Origin: Octopus sinensis
Taxonomy: Eukaryota
Direction: 5' to 3'
DNA: 64,000 nucleotides
Assembly: GCF_006345805.1 (NCBI RefSeq)
Contig: NC_043014.1
Coordinates: 43,400,001-43,464,000, forward strand
A program made the translations under genes and the position numbers. Every line of letters starts with the position of its first letter. Within the stretch, counting starts at the first letter, position 1. Below, one piece after another: positions 11,592-23,614 of this stretch. The notes under the pieces were generated by a model. That model ran no database searches. It had not been told where the DNA came from and was given only the letters and a program-made list of their open reading frames with translations.

Positions 11592-12320
11592 TGGAGAACT
11601 GTTACCACAGAGCTATCCACTAGGTCAGAGTACCCTAAGTTGTGCACAAGTAGTAGGTGTTACATTCCTTTGTATCCACCGTGTGTATGTGTGTAACAGG
11701 AAATGAGACTTAGTTGACGACCATGTCCTTTCTGACATAAATATCAATCTGTATAATATATTTAAGTTTGTGTTGGCTTATTTAATTTCAGTGGCATTAA
11801 AAAGCTATACTACTAGTTTTATATTCTTCAGGTTCAAAGAACTGCATTTAAATAAATAAATATTTTTTTTAAATCAAAAAAGAATAAAAAAAAAAAAAAA
11901 AGCAGATCGTATTTGATAGTATAAAAGACATTACGGGTGTATTAGACGTGCCCTAATTTCAGCAATACTGAAAAGTTTTAGCACATTAAAGCATGTAATA
12001 TTTAAAGTAATCTAGCAATACCATTATAAAATATTACAAAAGTGAGTTTGCAGTTTGAGCTGAACATAAAGCTAGAAATCATGGCAGTGAAAATATCCTA
12101 TTTGATTACAGTTATAAAACAGGCGAAAAGAGAAAGGAAAAAGTCAGAGCAGAATATTGTATAAAAGACAAGCTTCCACTATAGTACAATGTGAACCAAA
12201 ACATTGGAGACCAATCTGAATGAAGATTAACTTGTAGTAGTGAGTGTTAGGAAGAAAATTAGCTTATGGGTGGCTTGACTTTGCACAGAGAATCCAGGAT
12301 TTTTTTTATTATTTTTTTTT

Positions 12321-12687
12321 TTTACTTGATTCAGTCATTTGACTGCGGCCATGCTGGAGCACCGCCTTTAGTCGAGCAAATCGACCCCGGAACTTATTCT
12401 TTGTGAGCCCAGTACTTATTCTATCGGTCTCTTTTGCCGAACTGCTAAGTGACGGGGACGTAAACACACCAGCATCGGTTGTCAAGCAATGCTAGGGGGA
12501 CAAACACAGACACACAAACATATGCACACACATACATCATCATCATCATCATCATCATCGTTTAGCGTCCGTTTTCCATGCTAGCATGGGTTGGACGGGT
12601 CAACTGGGGTCTGTGAAGCTGGAAGGCTTCGTCAGGCCCAGTCAGATCTGGCAGTGTTTCTACGGCTGGATGCCCTTCCTAACGCCA

Positions 12688-12747
<60 letters not shown>

Positions 12748-13168
12748 TTCTTTACTACCCACAAGGGGCTAAACATAGAAGGGGACAAACAGAGGGATTA
12801 AGTCGATTATATCGACCCCAGTGCATAACTGGTACTTAATTTATCGACCCCGAAAGGATGAAAGGCAAAGTCGACCTCGGCGGAATTTGAACCCAGAACA
12901 CGTGATAGCAGACGAAATACGGCTACGCATTTGGCCCTGCGTGCTAACGATTCTGCCAGTTCGCCGCCTTATATATAAAATATATATATATATATATATA
13001 TATACGACAGGCTTCTTTCAGTTTCCGTCTACCAAATCCACTCACAAGGCATTGGTCGGCCCTGGGCTATAGCAGAAGACACTTGCCCAAGATGCCATGC
13101 AGTGGGACTGAACCCGGAACCATATGGTTGGTTAGCAAGCTACTTACCACACAGCCACTTCTGCGCCT
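12321..13168 (-). mobile_element. Nested SINE cluster: SINE A split by a SINE C fragment and a SINE B
   Basis: A 3' half 12321-12535, C fragment 12535-12688, B 12745-12969, A 5' half 13003-13168. Confidence 0.85.
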
Positions 13169-13522
13169 ATAGGATGTTTTTTTCTTTTCTTTTCTTTTTT
13201 TTTGGAGTTGGTCTTACCTAAATGCCATCAAATACAATATTTCTTATCTGGTAACATAGATCGCATGTAGCAGGGAAGAAGCAGGGAGTTGCAAAATAGT
13301 AATTGTTTTATTTGGGTACAGGTATTTATGCTTAGAACAAAGATTTATTTCTCAACTGAAAGAGATTGTTTTGAATTAATCATGCATTATTTCATAGCTT
13401 TGAAACTTCACAATGATATAATGATTTAGTTTTAGAATGAGATTGTCGGGTAGGTGTGACAGGTTGGATTTGGCTGGTTTGAACGTAAAACAGGTAAAGT
13501 ATTTGGGCTGGGTATGGCTGGT

Positions 13523-13765
13523 TTAACCCTTTAGTGTTCAGAATACTCTGGGTTAAATGTTCTGGGTTAAATGTAATACTTTTTCACTCAAATTGTTTTG
13601 AATTAATCATGCATTATCTTATAGCTTTGAGGTTTCAATGGTGTGATTGTTTATTTTCAGAACGGCATTGTAGGTTAGGAGTGAGAGGCTTGATATCGCC
13701 AGTTTGAATATAAAACATGTAGTATATTGGACCGGATTTGGCCAGTTTAAACACTAAAGGGTTAA
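13523..13765. mobile_element. piggyBac-type MITE family G, inserted at a TTAA of another family G copy
   Basis: Perfect 16-bp inverted ends TTAACCCTTTAGTGTT / AACACTAAAGGGTTAA. Confidence 0.85.
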
Positions 13766-13823
13766 ATAATAATTGAATCTGCAAGACAGTTGCTTGTTTT
13801 TTGTTTGGGTCCTGTCCTTGTAC

Positions 13824-13930
13824 CCTTTGAATCTCCAGGTTTCTTTTATAAGACTGTAGTCACAATTCAGCCACAGCTGATTATTAACGGAGTCGAGTAT
13901 TGTGGACCCCAACAGATTTGAAGAAAGCAT
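13824..13930 (-). CDS. Candidate internal exon of an unidentified gene (MLSSNLLGSTILDSVNNQLWLNCDYSLIKETWRFK)
   Basis: Strong acceptor TATGTTTATTTTCGTCTTTTCCAG, open phase-0 frame, weak donor GG|GTACAA; no recognised homolog. Confidence 0.25.
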
Positions 13931-14082
13931 CTGGAAAAGACGAAAATAAACATACTGTGATATATTGTGCCAAACAGTTAGAAATAAAACGATGGAAAAT
14001 GGATTGTAGTGTACAGATTTCATTGCTTTTAAAGCCCTTTGTGAAGATATTTCTAATGAAATTAACTGCATATCTGTTTCCA

Positions 14083-14307
14083 TTAACCCTTTTGATACCA
14101 ACCCACCTGAGATTGCTAGTTCTGTGATACAAATTCCCTGTTTAAAGTGGTCGACAATGAAGCCTTCCATCAGAATTCCATGTTAATTTGCATTTTAAAC
14201 ACAAGTATAACAACAAAGTTATTTCAATAAATTTTTCATTATTTTCGGAATTAATTGAAACAACGACAACGTGTAATTCAAAAGGAATACAGTAACAAAA
14301 GGGTTAA
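14083..14307. mobile_element. piggyBac-type MITE, third family
   Basis: TTAACCCTTTTG...CAAAAGGGTTAA; related degenerate copy near 46650-46830. Confidence 0.7.
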
Positions 14308-14953
14308 TTCTGAAAGTTTTTCAAGAACTTGGCGGCATTCAGTAAAATAAATGTCATTATGAATCTATTGTTCGCAAAAATATAATATAACAACAGATAT
14401 AGAATTTTAATGGAAAAATTTAATTTAAAATATGAACAATTTAAAAGGAGAGGTTTCATATTACGGAACCAAAAATGGTCTCGGGCAGGATGGTATCAAA
14501 ATGGTTAAGTCAGTTTCAGAAATATAGATCTCTAATTAGCGAGTTAATTAGTAAATTTGTCAGTTTTTGTTCCAGCGTTCTTGCAGTCTAGAAGAACCAA
14601 TCATTTGGGGGAAGGTTCTGTAGATCCAACATTCTAAATATGTTGTATTCTGTTTTGCTTTAAGTAACTTTCCTGTATTTTCTGTTGTTTGAGCTCATTC
14701 ATTTAATTTTCCCTGCTTTCCCATCTATTAATGTCTACATCTAATGTAGGATTCGCTTCCATCTCTCTCATTACTTATGTTTAAAAGCAAAGCAATGTCT
14801 ACTTATGATTTTAAATTCATATACAGTATAATAGGTACTTAAGTGACTTGGAAGATATATTTAAACCCATTCCTACTTCGGATACTGCTAGGTTTTGATT
14901 CAGTGAGAGCAGATACATTCATTATCATAATAATAGTCATCTACTAAGATGGA

Positions 14954-15180
14954 TTAACCCTTTAATGTTCATATTATTCTATCAAACATAATGCTTATTG
15001 ATTCCCATTGATTTGAATTGATCATGCATTATCCCATATCTTCAAGATCTTGATGGTGTAATTACTTAATGTAGAGTAACATTGTAGGGTAGGTTTGAGA
15101 GCCTGGATCCAGTCAGTTTGAACATAAAACAGATTAAATATTTTGGCCGGATAAGGCCAGTTTAAATACAAAAGGGTTGA
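14954..15180. mobile_element. piggyBac-type MITE family G
   Basis: TTAACCCTTT start, family G interior, AAAGGGTTGA end. Confidence 0.75.
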
Positions 15181-15603
15181 AACTGGGATATATTTTACGA
15201 AGGGGCACATATGGAATAAACAGGGAGGGGTGGTGGTGGTTGCGGTTTGGATGAATTGAAGTGTTTGTTTGATCTTGTACTTGCTTCAGTCACTGGGTTG
15301 CGGCCATATGGGAGCACCACATTGAGGATTTTCTTTGGTTTTTATTTAATCAAAGAGATCAACCCCAGTACATATCTTTTAAATCTGCTACTTATCCTGT
15401 TGGTCTCCTTTTGCCGAACTGCTTGGACATTGGGATGTAAACAAACCAACACTGGCTGTCGAGTCAAGCAGTGAAGGGAGAGACGAACTAAGACACATAT
15501 GCATGGATGTGTACATACACATATAATTATATATTTATGTATATATAGATATACACACACATATTTATTATGATGGTTTTCTTAAGCAGCATCGATTTTT
15601 GCA

Positions 15604-15808
15604 ATTCTGTAAATAATAATAATAATAATAATAGTATTTTATAAGCTTAAAGCTTATAAGTGACCACCACACTATGACTAAAGAAAGTAGTCTAATAATG
15701 GGGCGCATATGCCCCATTATTAGACTATTTTCTTTAGTCATTGTGCAGTGATTGCTTGTAAGCTTTAAGCTAATAAAATACTATTATTGTTATTATTATT
15801 TACAGAAT
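15604..15808. repeat. About 205-bp near-perfect palindrome
   Basis: About 100-bp arms centred on GGGGCGCATATGCCCC near 15700-15715. Confidence 0.85.
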
Positions 15809-15851
15809 ATATATATTTATACTTGTGTGTATATATGTATGTGTGTATGTT

Positions 15852-15882
<31 letters not shown>

Positions 15883-15883
<1 letters not shown>

Positions 15884-16427
15884 AAAGCACCATCCGTTCG
15901 TGGCCGTTTGCCAGCTCTGTCTGGCCCCGTGTCGGTGGCACGTAAAAGCACCATCCGTTCGTGGCCGTTTGCCAGCTCTGTCTGGCCCCCGTGTCGGTGG
16001 CACGTAAAAGCACCATCCGTTCGTGGCCGTTTGCCAGCTCTGTCTGGCCCCCGTGTCGGTGACACGTAAAAGCACCATCGTTCGTGGCCGTTTGCCAGCT
16101 CTGTCTGGCCCCCGTGTCGGTGGCACATAAAAGCACCATCCGTTCGTGGCCGTTTGCCAGCTCTGTCTGGCCCCCGTGTCGGTGACACGTAAAAGCACCA
16201 TCCGTTCATGGCCGTTTGCCAGCTCTGTCTGGCACCTGTGCGGGTGGCACGTAAAAAGCACCCACAACACTTACGGAGTGGTTGGCGTTAGGAAGGGCAT
16301 CCAGCCGTAGAAACACTGCCAGATCTGACTGGGCCTGACGAAGCCTTCCAGCTTCACAGACCTCAGTTGAACCGTCCAACCCATGCTAGCATGGAAAGCG
16401 GACGCTAAATGATGATGATGATGATGA
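15883..16427 (+). mobile_element. SINE family C with an internal 61-62-bp minisatellite (6 units)
   Basis: Units start 15883, 15944, 16006, 16068, 16129, 16191; then the standard family C 3' end and (GAT)n. Confidence 0.9.
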
Positions 16428-16489
16428 TATATATATATATATAAATAATAACAATTTAATAAATAAAACATATGCATACATACATATAT

Positions 16490-16690
16490 GTACATACCTA
16501 CATCTATATGTATATATACATGCATATATGGGTACAGGACACCACAAATAAACGTAGAACACAACGAGAAACGAAAACATAGAAACAAAACAAGGAAACG
16601 GACTTTTTTTTAACACCGAAAAAACAGAGTATAAGACAAACAACGAGGGAACATTCCCCTTCTTCAGCTGCCCTTCTTTCGACTCAATGC
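16490..16690 (-). repeat. Unclassified repeat family S (second copy 21092-21315)
   Basis: Shared CATGCATATATGGGTACAGGACAC...GAACATTCC(C/T)TTC(A/T)TCAG; adjacent to (TA)n; CTGA(A/T)GA on the minus strand. Confidence 0.55.
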
Positions 16691-16747
16691 GTGTATGTAT
16701 GTATATATATATATATTATATATTATATATACATATATATATATATG

Positions 16748-17148
16748 TAGGCACAAGAGCGGCTGTGTGGTAAGTAGTTTGCTTATCAACTGCATGGTTC
16801 TGGGTTCAGTCCCACTGCGTGGCACCTTGGGCAAGTACCATCTGCTATAGCCTCAGGCTGACCAAAGCCTTGTGAGTGGATTTGGTAGACGGAAACTTAA
16901 TGAAGCCTGTTGTATATATATATGTATATATAAGGGTGTATGTGTGTGTCTGTGTTTGTCAACCTCACCGTCACTTGACAACCAATGCTGGTGTGTTAAC
17001 GTCTCCATCACTTAGTGGTTTGGCAAAAGAGACCGATAGAATAAGCACTGGACTTATAATGAATAAGTCCTGGGGTTGATTTGTTCAACTAAAGGCGGTG
17101 TTCCAGCATGGCTGCAGTCAAATGACTGAAACCAGCAAAAGAATAAAA
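16748..17148 (+). mobile_element. SINE family A, full length
   Basis: Head GGCTGTGTGGTAAGTAG through tail GACTGAAACCAGCAAAAGAATAAAAGA. Confidence 0.85.
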
Positions 17149-17308
17149 GAATATATGGATTCTACACAGTTACCAAATTCACTCACAAGACAGTCAGCTG
17201 GGGACTATAGTAGAAGACACTTGTGTGTGTGTGTTGTGTGTGTGTGTGTGTGTGTGTGGTGGGGTTTGTATATTGCTAAGAAGTGACCACTTCTGACACT
17301 GATTGATG

Positions 17309-17350
<42 letters not shown>

Positions 17351-17659
17351 TACATATTTATATATATATGTATGTGTATGTATGAATATATATATATATA
17401 TATGTATGTGCATACACACTCATATGTTGATCTATAGAATTGAAACTGATTGGTTTATTTATGATAGAATTGATCACTTTGAACGTGTGTGAGTGTGTAC
17501 ACGCTTGTGTGCCCGTTCCCGAGAAGTAGTTTCTCTTGTTAAAAGCAAGTTCTCCTATTTGTCCTTCTATGTTTATGGTCCAGTTAAGAATTCGGTTCTA
17601 AAGAGATAGCAAATTAAAACAGTGTGCATAGACATTAATCATATGTTTGTTTAAACTCA

Positions 17660-17780
17660 ATAGCTCTCGGGCGGGGAAAAGGCGGCGGGGCGGTAGTCGG
17701 CATCGGAGTGGAGGAGAGAAAGCTTTTCGCCGTGTGGTGTGTCTTCGGCGGCGTTTCCCTTCCCCCTCGTAATAAAGCTA
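17660..17780. promoter_or_regulatory. CpG-rich island with GC boxes, candidate promoter
   Basis: GGGCGG motifs near 17669 and 17687 and dense CpG in a non-repetitive stretch of otherwise AT-rich DNA. Confidence 0.4.
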
Positions 17781-17847
17781 AATCACCTTTATTAACATTG
17801 TTATATCAGTTGTGAATTCGCTTAAACTCAAGTTGAAAATTACCGGC

Positions 17848-17950
17848 GGAGTCAAGAAGGCATGTTTGTTTTTGATACAAGCTGTTAGCCAACCATCTTT
17901 GATAAACTGTTGAATTGAGACATAGCAAATTCTTCCTCCTTCGTTTCTGG
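17848..17950 (-). CDS. Candidate internal exon of an unidentified gene ([34 protein letters not shown])
   Basis: Acceptor TTTCTCATTCATTCTGAAATTACCAG, donor CCG|GTAATT, 103-nt open frame ending in phase 0; no recognised homolog. Confidence 0.25.
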
Positions 17951-17984
17951 TAATTTCAGAATGAATGAGAAACGGTAGGAGCTG

Positions 17985-18040
17985 TGTGTGTGTGTGTGTC
18001 CATATATATATATATTACATACATAATATATATATATTTT

Positions 18041-18097
<57 letters not shown>

Positions 18098-18306
18098 CAC
18101 ACATACATATATATATACACACATACATATATATATACACACACATACATATATATACATACACACATATATATATACATACATACATACAGATATATAT
18201 ATATATATATTATATATTATATATATATACATCACATATATATATATATACATACATACATACTTATATATATATAATACATACATACTAATATATATAT
18301 ACATAC

Positions 18307-18365
<59 letters not shown>
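17985..18365. repeat. Compound (TA)n/(TACA)n/(CA)n microsatellite
   Basis: Direct reading. Confidence 0.95.
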
Positions 18366-19616
18366 GGATGGGGTGTGGAGTTCGGGAAGAGACTGTTTAT
18401 AGTTATTTATGATTGCTCACTTCAATAATATTGAATAAACGAAGCAGTTCTCAAAATGATGATAGATTGATTGTGTGGATCGGAGTTATTTCATTTTAGT
18501 TATTTTTCCCGCACTCCACATAACCACATTCTTGAAACATCACCATCATCATCATCATCATCATCGTCATTTGAGTTTGTACAATTTATTTTTTTTTTAT
18601 TTTATTTTGCAAATTTTTTTTTTTTTTTACTTAGAATATCCGATTATGGCTTCCCATTTTATTCATTTTTCAATGACGTCATTATATTTTGTAAAGTACT
18701 CTTGAAATGGAAGATAAGTAGTTGGTGTTGAATTGGAGCAGGAATATAAATTTTTTTTTTTTTTTTTTTTTTTGCAAATATTTAAGAGGTTTCAAATTTT
18801 GTTAGTACTGGACATAGATCCTCTTGAAGCTTTTCATTTTATTCTTTTCAGAAAAAAATTTTTTTTTTGCGAAAAGTTTTGGTTCTTAATGTTTATCATC
18901 ATTATAATAATCATCACCATCATTGGATCACATTCACAGACACACACACACACACACACATTTATTTATATATGTACTCACATACATACACATGTGGCTG
19001 TTAACCCATAGATTTTGTACCGAGGATTATGGGTCTCATGGCAAGTGTTCCTGCAACTTCTATGCGACTACACTATACAAATTATCTGAAAGTTGGAGGA
19101 GTTTACATCTAATGCTAGATATTTCTGAATCAAAATATTTATATTCATCTTCTTCGGTTTTAATGTCCACTTTACTATGCTCGCATGGGTTGGATGGAAT
19201 TTGTTTTGCTTCAAGTAACTTCCTTGTACTTTCTTGGGTGGAATTTGTCGCTGACAATGAATGTGTGTGTGTGTGCATATGTGTCACCAAGCCTCACCTG
19301 TTTACAAATAAGGTAATATTTCTTGTCCATTATCAGACACGTTTACACAGAAGAATGTTTCCATGACTGCAACGCTGGCTTACAACTATCATGCAATGCC
19401 AAGGCAAGGAGACAGTAACACATATGCACACACACACACATTCATTCACTCACACACTCACTCACTCACTCATTCACATATCTATCCTGACCCATGCATG
19501 CATGGAAATGTGGATGATGATGATGTTATATATATATATATATATATATAAACTGTTAAGAGTAGATATTAGACCTTGATCATATATATATATATATATA
19601 TATGATCAATATATAT

Positions 19617-19762
19617 TGGCGTTAGGAAGGGCATCCAGCTGTAGAAACACTGCCAGATCTGACTGGCCTGGTGCAGCCTTCGGGCTCCCCAGACCCCAGT
19701 TGAACCGTCCAACCCATGCTAGCATGGAAAGCGGACGTTAATGATGATGATGATGATGATGA
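19617..19762 (+). mobile_element. 5'-truncated SINE family C with about 50-bp flanking duplication
   Basis: TATATATAAACTGTTAAGAGTAGATATTAGACCTTGATCATATATATATAT at 19543-19593 and 19763-19813. Confidence 0.85.
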
Positions 19763-20022
19763 TATATATAAACTGTTAAGAGTAGATATTAGACCTTGAT
19801 CATATATATATATAGATAGATAGATAGATAGATACACACACACATACATACATATATATACATATACATATATACACACCTTGTTTTTGTCCTTGATTGC
19901 AGCCATGCTGGGACACCACATTAAAGAATGCTTTAAGGCCTTGCCGAGTTGCTAAGTTATGGGGAGGTAAACACACCAACATTAGTTGTCAAGCAGTGGT
20001 AGTGGTGGGATAGACAAACATG

Positions 20023-20058
<36 letters not shown>

Positions 20059-20903
20059 CATACACACACACACTAGACTACCCATGATCCATTGTGTTAC
20101 CAGGAAGCTCTGAGTTTCCCAGCAATGGAGTTTTGTTTCGTGGGTTTTATCTCTTCCTGTTTATTTCGCATGCTTGCAATGAATGTGACATTGAAATTAT
20201 GCGTAAACGGCTCCTTTCCCCAGAAAAGGAAAGATTTGGCTGCTATTTCTTGCATGCCCTGCTACCATATAACCGGTATTTTGTGTCCTTTATTACAAAT
20301 AGCTGTTATGTAGTAGCAGGGTGTATTAGAAATAGCAGCCAAGTCTTTGGTGGTGAGATACGTTGAATGCACGCAAAAAAAAACCTATGGAAAAATCCAT
20401 TTCACACCGAGGTTACAAACAGGTCTTTTACGAAATATTTACTGTATTTGTAAAGTAATTTTCACTTTAAAATATTTGTTATATATGCCAAAAAAATTTT
20501 TGTAATGGCATTCACTTGAAAATAATTTTTAAAACAACAATTAAAATATTGTCTACATAAAGAAAGCTAAAATATAACTACTTTCTGTACAAACAACTTA
20601 CATTTTTGAAATCACATTCACTTAAAAATAGTTCTAAATGATTAAAATGTGTTTAATAAAGCAAAAATAAAAAACATCTACTGTAAAAAAAACCAATTGT
20701 ATTTTTTCGTTGTCAAATTAATGTCTAATCAAAAGGTTAGAGTTTCTACCCTTTCAGGATGAAGTTATTTTATTCGGAACATTTTCCCATTATACACCGT
20801 TTTGGGTATTTATACTCAATATGTCAGAACGCCATGATAGATCATTAGCTCCTACACGCATTTTTTTCTCTCCTTGTTTCTCTCCTTGTTTTTTTTCTGT
20901 GTA

Positions 20904-20941
20904 TCTTTCTGTCGAAGAGCGTAGGCTCGAAACGTAAAAGA
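20904..20941 (+). ncRNA. Minimal hammerhead-ribozyme-like motif (family R), variant core
   Basis: TCTTT-CTGTCGA-A-GAGC-GTAG-GCTC-GAAA-CGTA-AAAGA: stem I, core with U at position 6, stem II, palindromic stem III ACGU, GUA site. Confidence 0.55.
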
Positions 20942-21040
20942 CTTGTTCTATTTCTATTCTTGAGCGCCATACTAATACATTTGTTTGTTTGTACTCCACC
21001 TGCCTTCATCTTATGTTTATTTTTGTAAACCTTCCCGTTG

Positions 21041-21088
<48 letters not shown>

Positions 21089-22088
21089 CATACATATATG
21101 TACATACCTATATATATACATGCATATATGGGTACAGGACACAAAAAGAAAACATGAACAAAATGAGAAACGAGAACATAAAAAACAAAACCATAGAAAA
21201 CGAACATTTTTCGAATAACAAAAGAAACAAATAGAGAAATGAGACAGGCAACATAAAGAACATTCCTTTCATCAGTTGTCCCCTGTTTTATCTACTCTGC
21301 GTTTCAAAGGTAGGAACAATACACACACTCATATACTCACACACATATAAGATGAGTTTCTTTCAGTTTCTTTCTATCAAATCCGCTCACAAGGCTTTGG
21401 CCAGCTTGGAGCTATGGTAGAAGATACTTGTCCATGAAGAGGAGTAGCAGGTTTTGATTAGCTTTGATCTTTTGAAAATTCTATAAAAACTGAGCACATT
21501 GATTATCTATAAACAAAACAAAGGAAAAAACAAAAAAGAACAAAACAACTCATTAGCAAAGCCACTGCTTTAAGCTAAAGTGCAGATCATGTACGAAGGG
21601 CAGTGGTGACTTTGAATTATTGCAAACAATTTAAATTAATGTAATATTGAATATTTGCAGCAGACAAGCAAAATTGTAAAATAAAATAGCAAAAAAAAAA
21701 AAAATATTTAAAAAAAAAATTTCTAAAAGAATGAAATTTCTTTTTCCTAATGATAACAAATTCTTTCTTCCATATTATGATATATATGCTATCCATCTTA
21801 TTATTTTCATGAAACATTGCTTTAACTGTAAAAATATGAATAACATATAATCACACATCTACCAACCCCACTCACTGTCCTGTAATTATGGAGATCTCAA
21901 AACTTATGGAAGCAGTTACAAGCAAAAATTACCACCAACTGCCTGCTTTACTTTGCGAATCTCTTCTTTCTCAGTGAATAAATGAATAGCTGTTCCTATA
22001 GAGACTACTTCAGGCTTACTCTTTTTATATTACTTATACTCCAGTGGTTTCTCAGTTTCTCATGTTGTGAAAACGGTATCTTCAACAT

Positions 22089-22654
22089 TAGGCGTAGGAG
22101 TGGCTGTGTGGTAAGTAGCTTGCTTGCCAACCACATGGTTCTGGATTCAGTCGCACTGCATGGCACCTTGGGCAAGTGTTTTCTTCTATAGCCTCGGGCT
22201 GACCAAAGCCTTGTGAATGGATTTAGTAGATGGAAACTGAAAGAAGCCTGTCATATATGTGTATGTGTTTGTGTTTGTCCCCCCAACATCGCTTGACAAC
22301 CGACGATTGGAGCACCGCTTTTAGTCGAGCAAATCGACCCCGGGACTTATCCTTTGTAAGCCCAATACTTATTCTATTGGTCTCTTTTGCTGAACCGCTA
22401 AGTGACAGGGATGTAAACACACTGGCATCGGTTGTCAAGCAATGCTAGAGGGACAAACACAGACACACAAACATACACACACACGCACATATATATATAC
22501 ATATATACGACGGGCTTCTTTGAGTTTCCGTCTACCAAATCCACTCACAAGGCTTTGGTCGGCCCGAGGCTATAGTAGAAGACATTTGCCCATGATGCCG
22601 CGCAGTGGGACTGAACCCAGAACCATGTGGTTACCACAGAGCCACTCCTGCGCG
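22089..22654. mobile_element. Tail-to-tail fused SINE A pair
   Basis: Plus copy 22089-22303 joined to minus copy 22306-22654. Confidence 0.8.
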
Positions 22655-22827
22655 TATAAATAGTGGACATGATAGCTAGACGAGAAGCGTTGAGTAGAGC
22701 GAGCCGGTAACTGTCGGTAGTCTGGATGTCGAGTTCTGTTGAGTCAAGTCGTCGGAAGTGAGAGTTCGGTAGTTGAGTAGAGGTACGTTATTAGTGAAGG
22801 CACGCCATCCGAACGTGCGATATAACA
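22655..22827 (+). mobile_element. GC-rich LTR-like fragment
   Basis: Begins TATAAATAG, ends ...GATATAACA, CpG-rich, abuts a MITE G remnant; classification tentative. Confidence 0.35.
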
Positions 22828-23614
22828 GTTTATTTATCTCATGGCTTTGAGATTTTCATGATGTGTGATTTGCTAATTTTTAGAACGACATTATAGGGTA
22901 GGTGTGAAAGGCTGGATCTGGCCAGTTTGCATCTAAAGCAGGTGGAATATTTGGGCTGGAAATGGCTAATTTAATTGCTAAAGGGTTAAAGTTTCTATAA
23001 TTAAGAGCCTTTCTACTTCTCGTTTACCAGGAAATCATTCTGAGTTTTAATACAAATTTGCAAGATTGTTTTTTGATTAAAATCTCTGCCAGTAAAAAAT
23101 ATATTTTATAATTTAATTAGTTTATTAGCTGATTGGTTTAAATTCTTATTTATATATATTACAAGGCAAGTGAAGTTGCACTCACTACCACATTTTATTT
23201 TTTAATCTTTTTTTACTGGGTTGTGTGGCAAAGGATTAAAGTTAAAACTTCATTAAAAGGATTAAGCTTAATTAGATTTACATGCATGCTATGTTTCCTT
23301 CAGTTGTAGACTGGAAGTAGCCTGAGTAATTTTTAATAGTATCGTTTTTGTTTCGCTCTAAATTAGCCCTGGTTGAGTATACCTATGGTAAAAGGCATAT
23401 TATGACTTAGTCCTTCTCTCCTCAGATTTTTGTGCCCTGGATTATATTCATCAATTGTATCCTTTAGAAAGGGGCTCTCAATCATTTTGTTACCTGTGGA
23501 CCCCTCTTATTTCTATTTTACTTGAGTGTATCCTCAGAGGCATTTGATGTTTAAAAAAATCCTATTATATTTGTGCACTTAAATTACATAGAAAATATTC
23601 AAATATTTTGTGTA

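Noticed and set aside
18674-18681. Perfect CRE palindrome TGACGTCA
   Set aside because: One 8-mer in 64 kb is about chance level.
19060-19290. Protein-like ORF (KVDIKTEEDEYKYFDSE...)
   Set aside because: The core derives from a degenerate SINE C tail (TCCAACCCATGCGAGCAT...GGACATTAAAAC).
19290-19330. Strong minus-strand donor CAG|GTGAGG
   Set aside because: It lies in a dispersed repeat (related copy near 33560-33720), so it is not evidence for an exon.
21255-21315. Type II hammerhead in family S (GAAAC...CTGATGA on the minus strand)
   Set aside because: Stem II could pair but stem I does not, and the 16640 copy lacks the arrangement.
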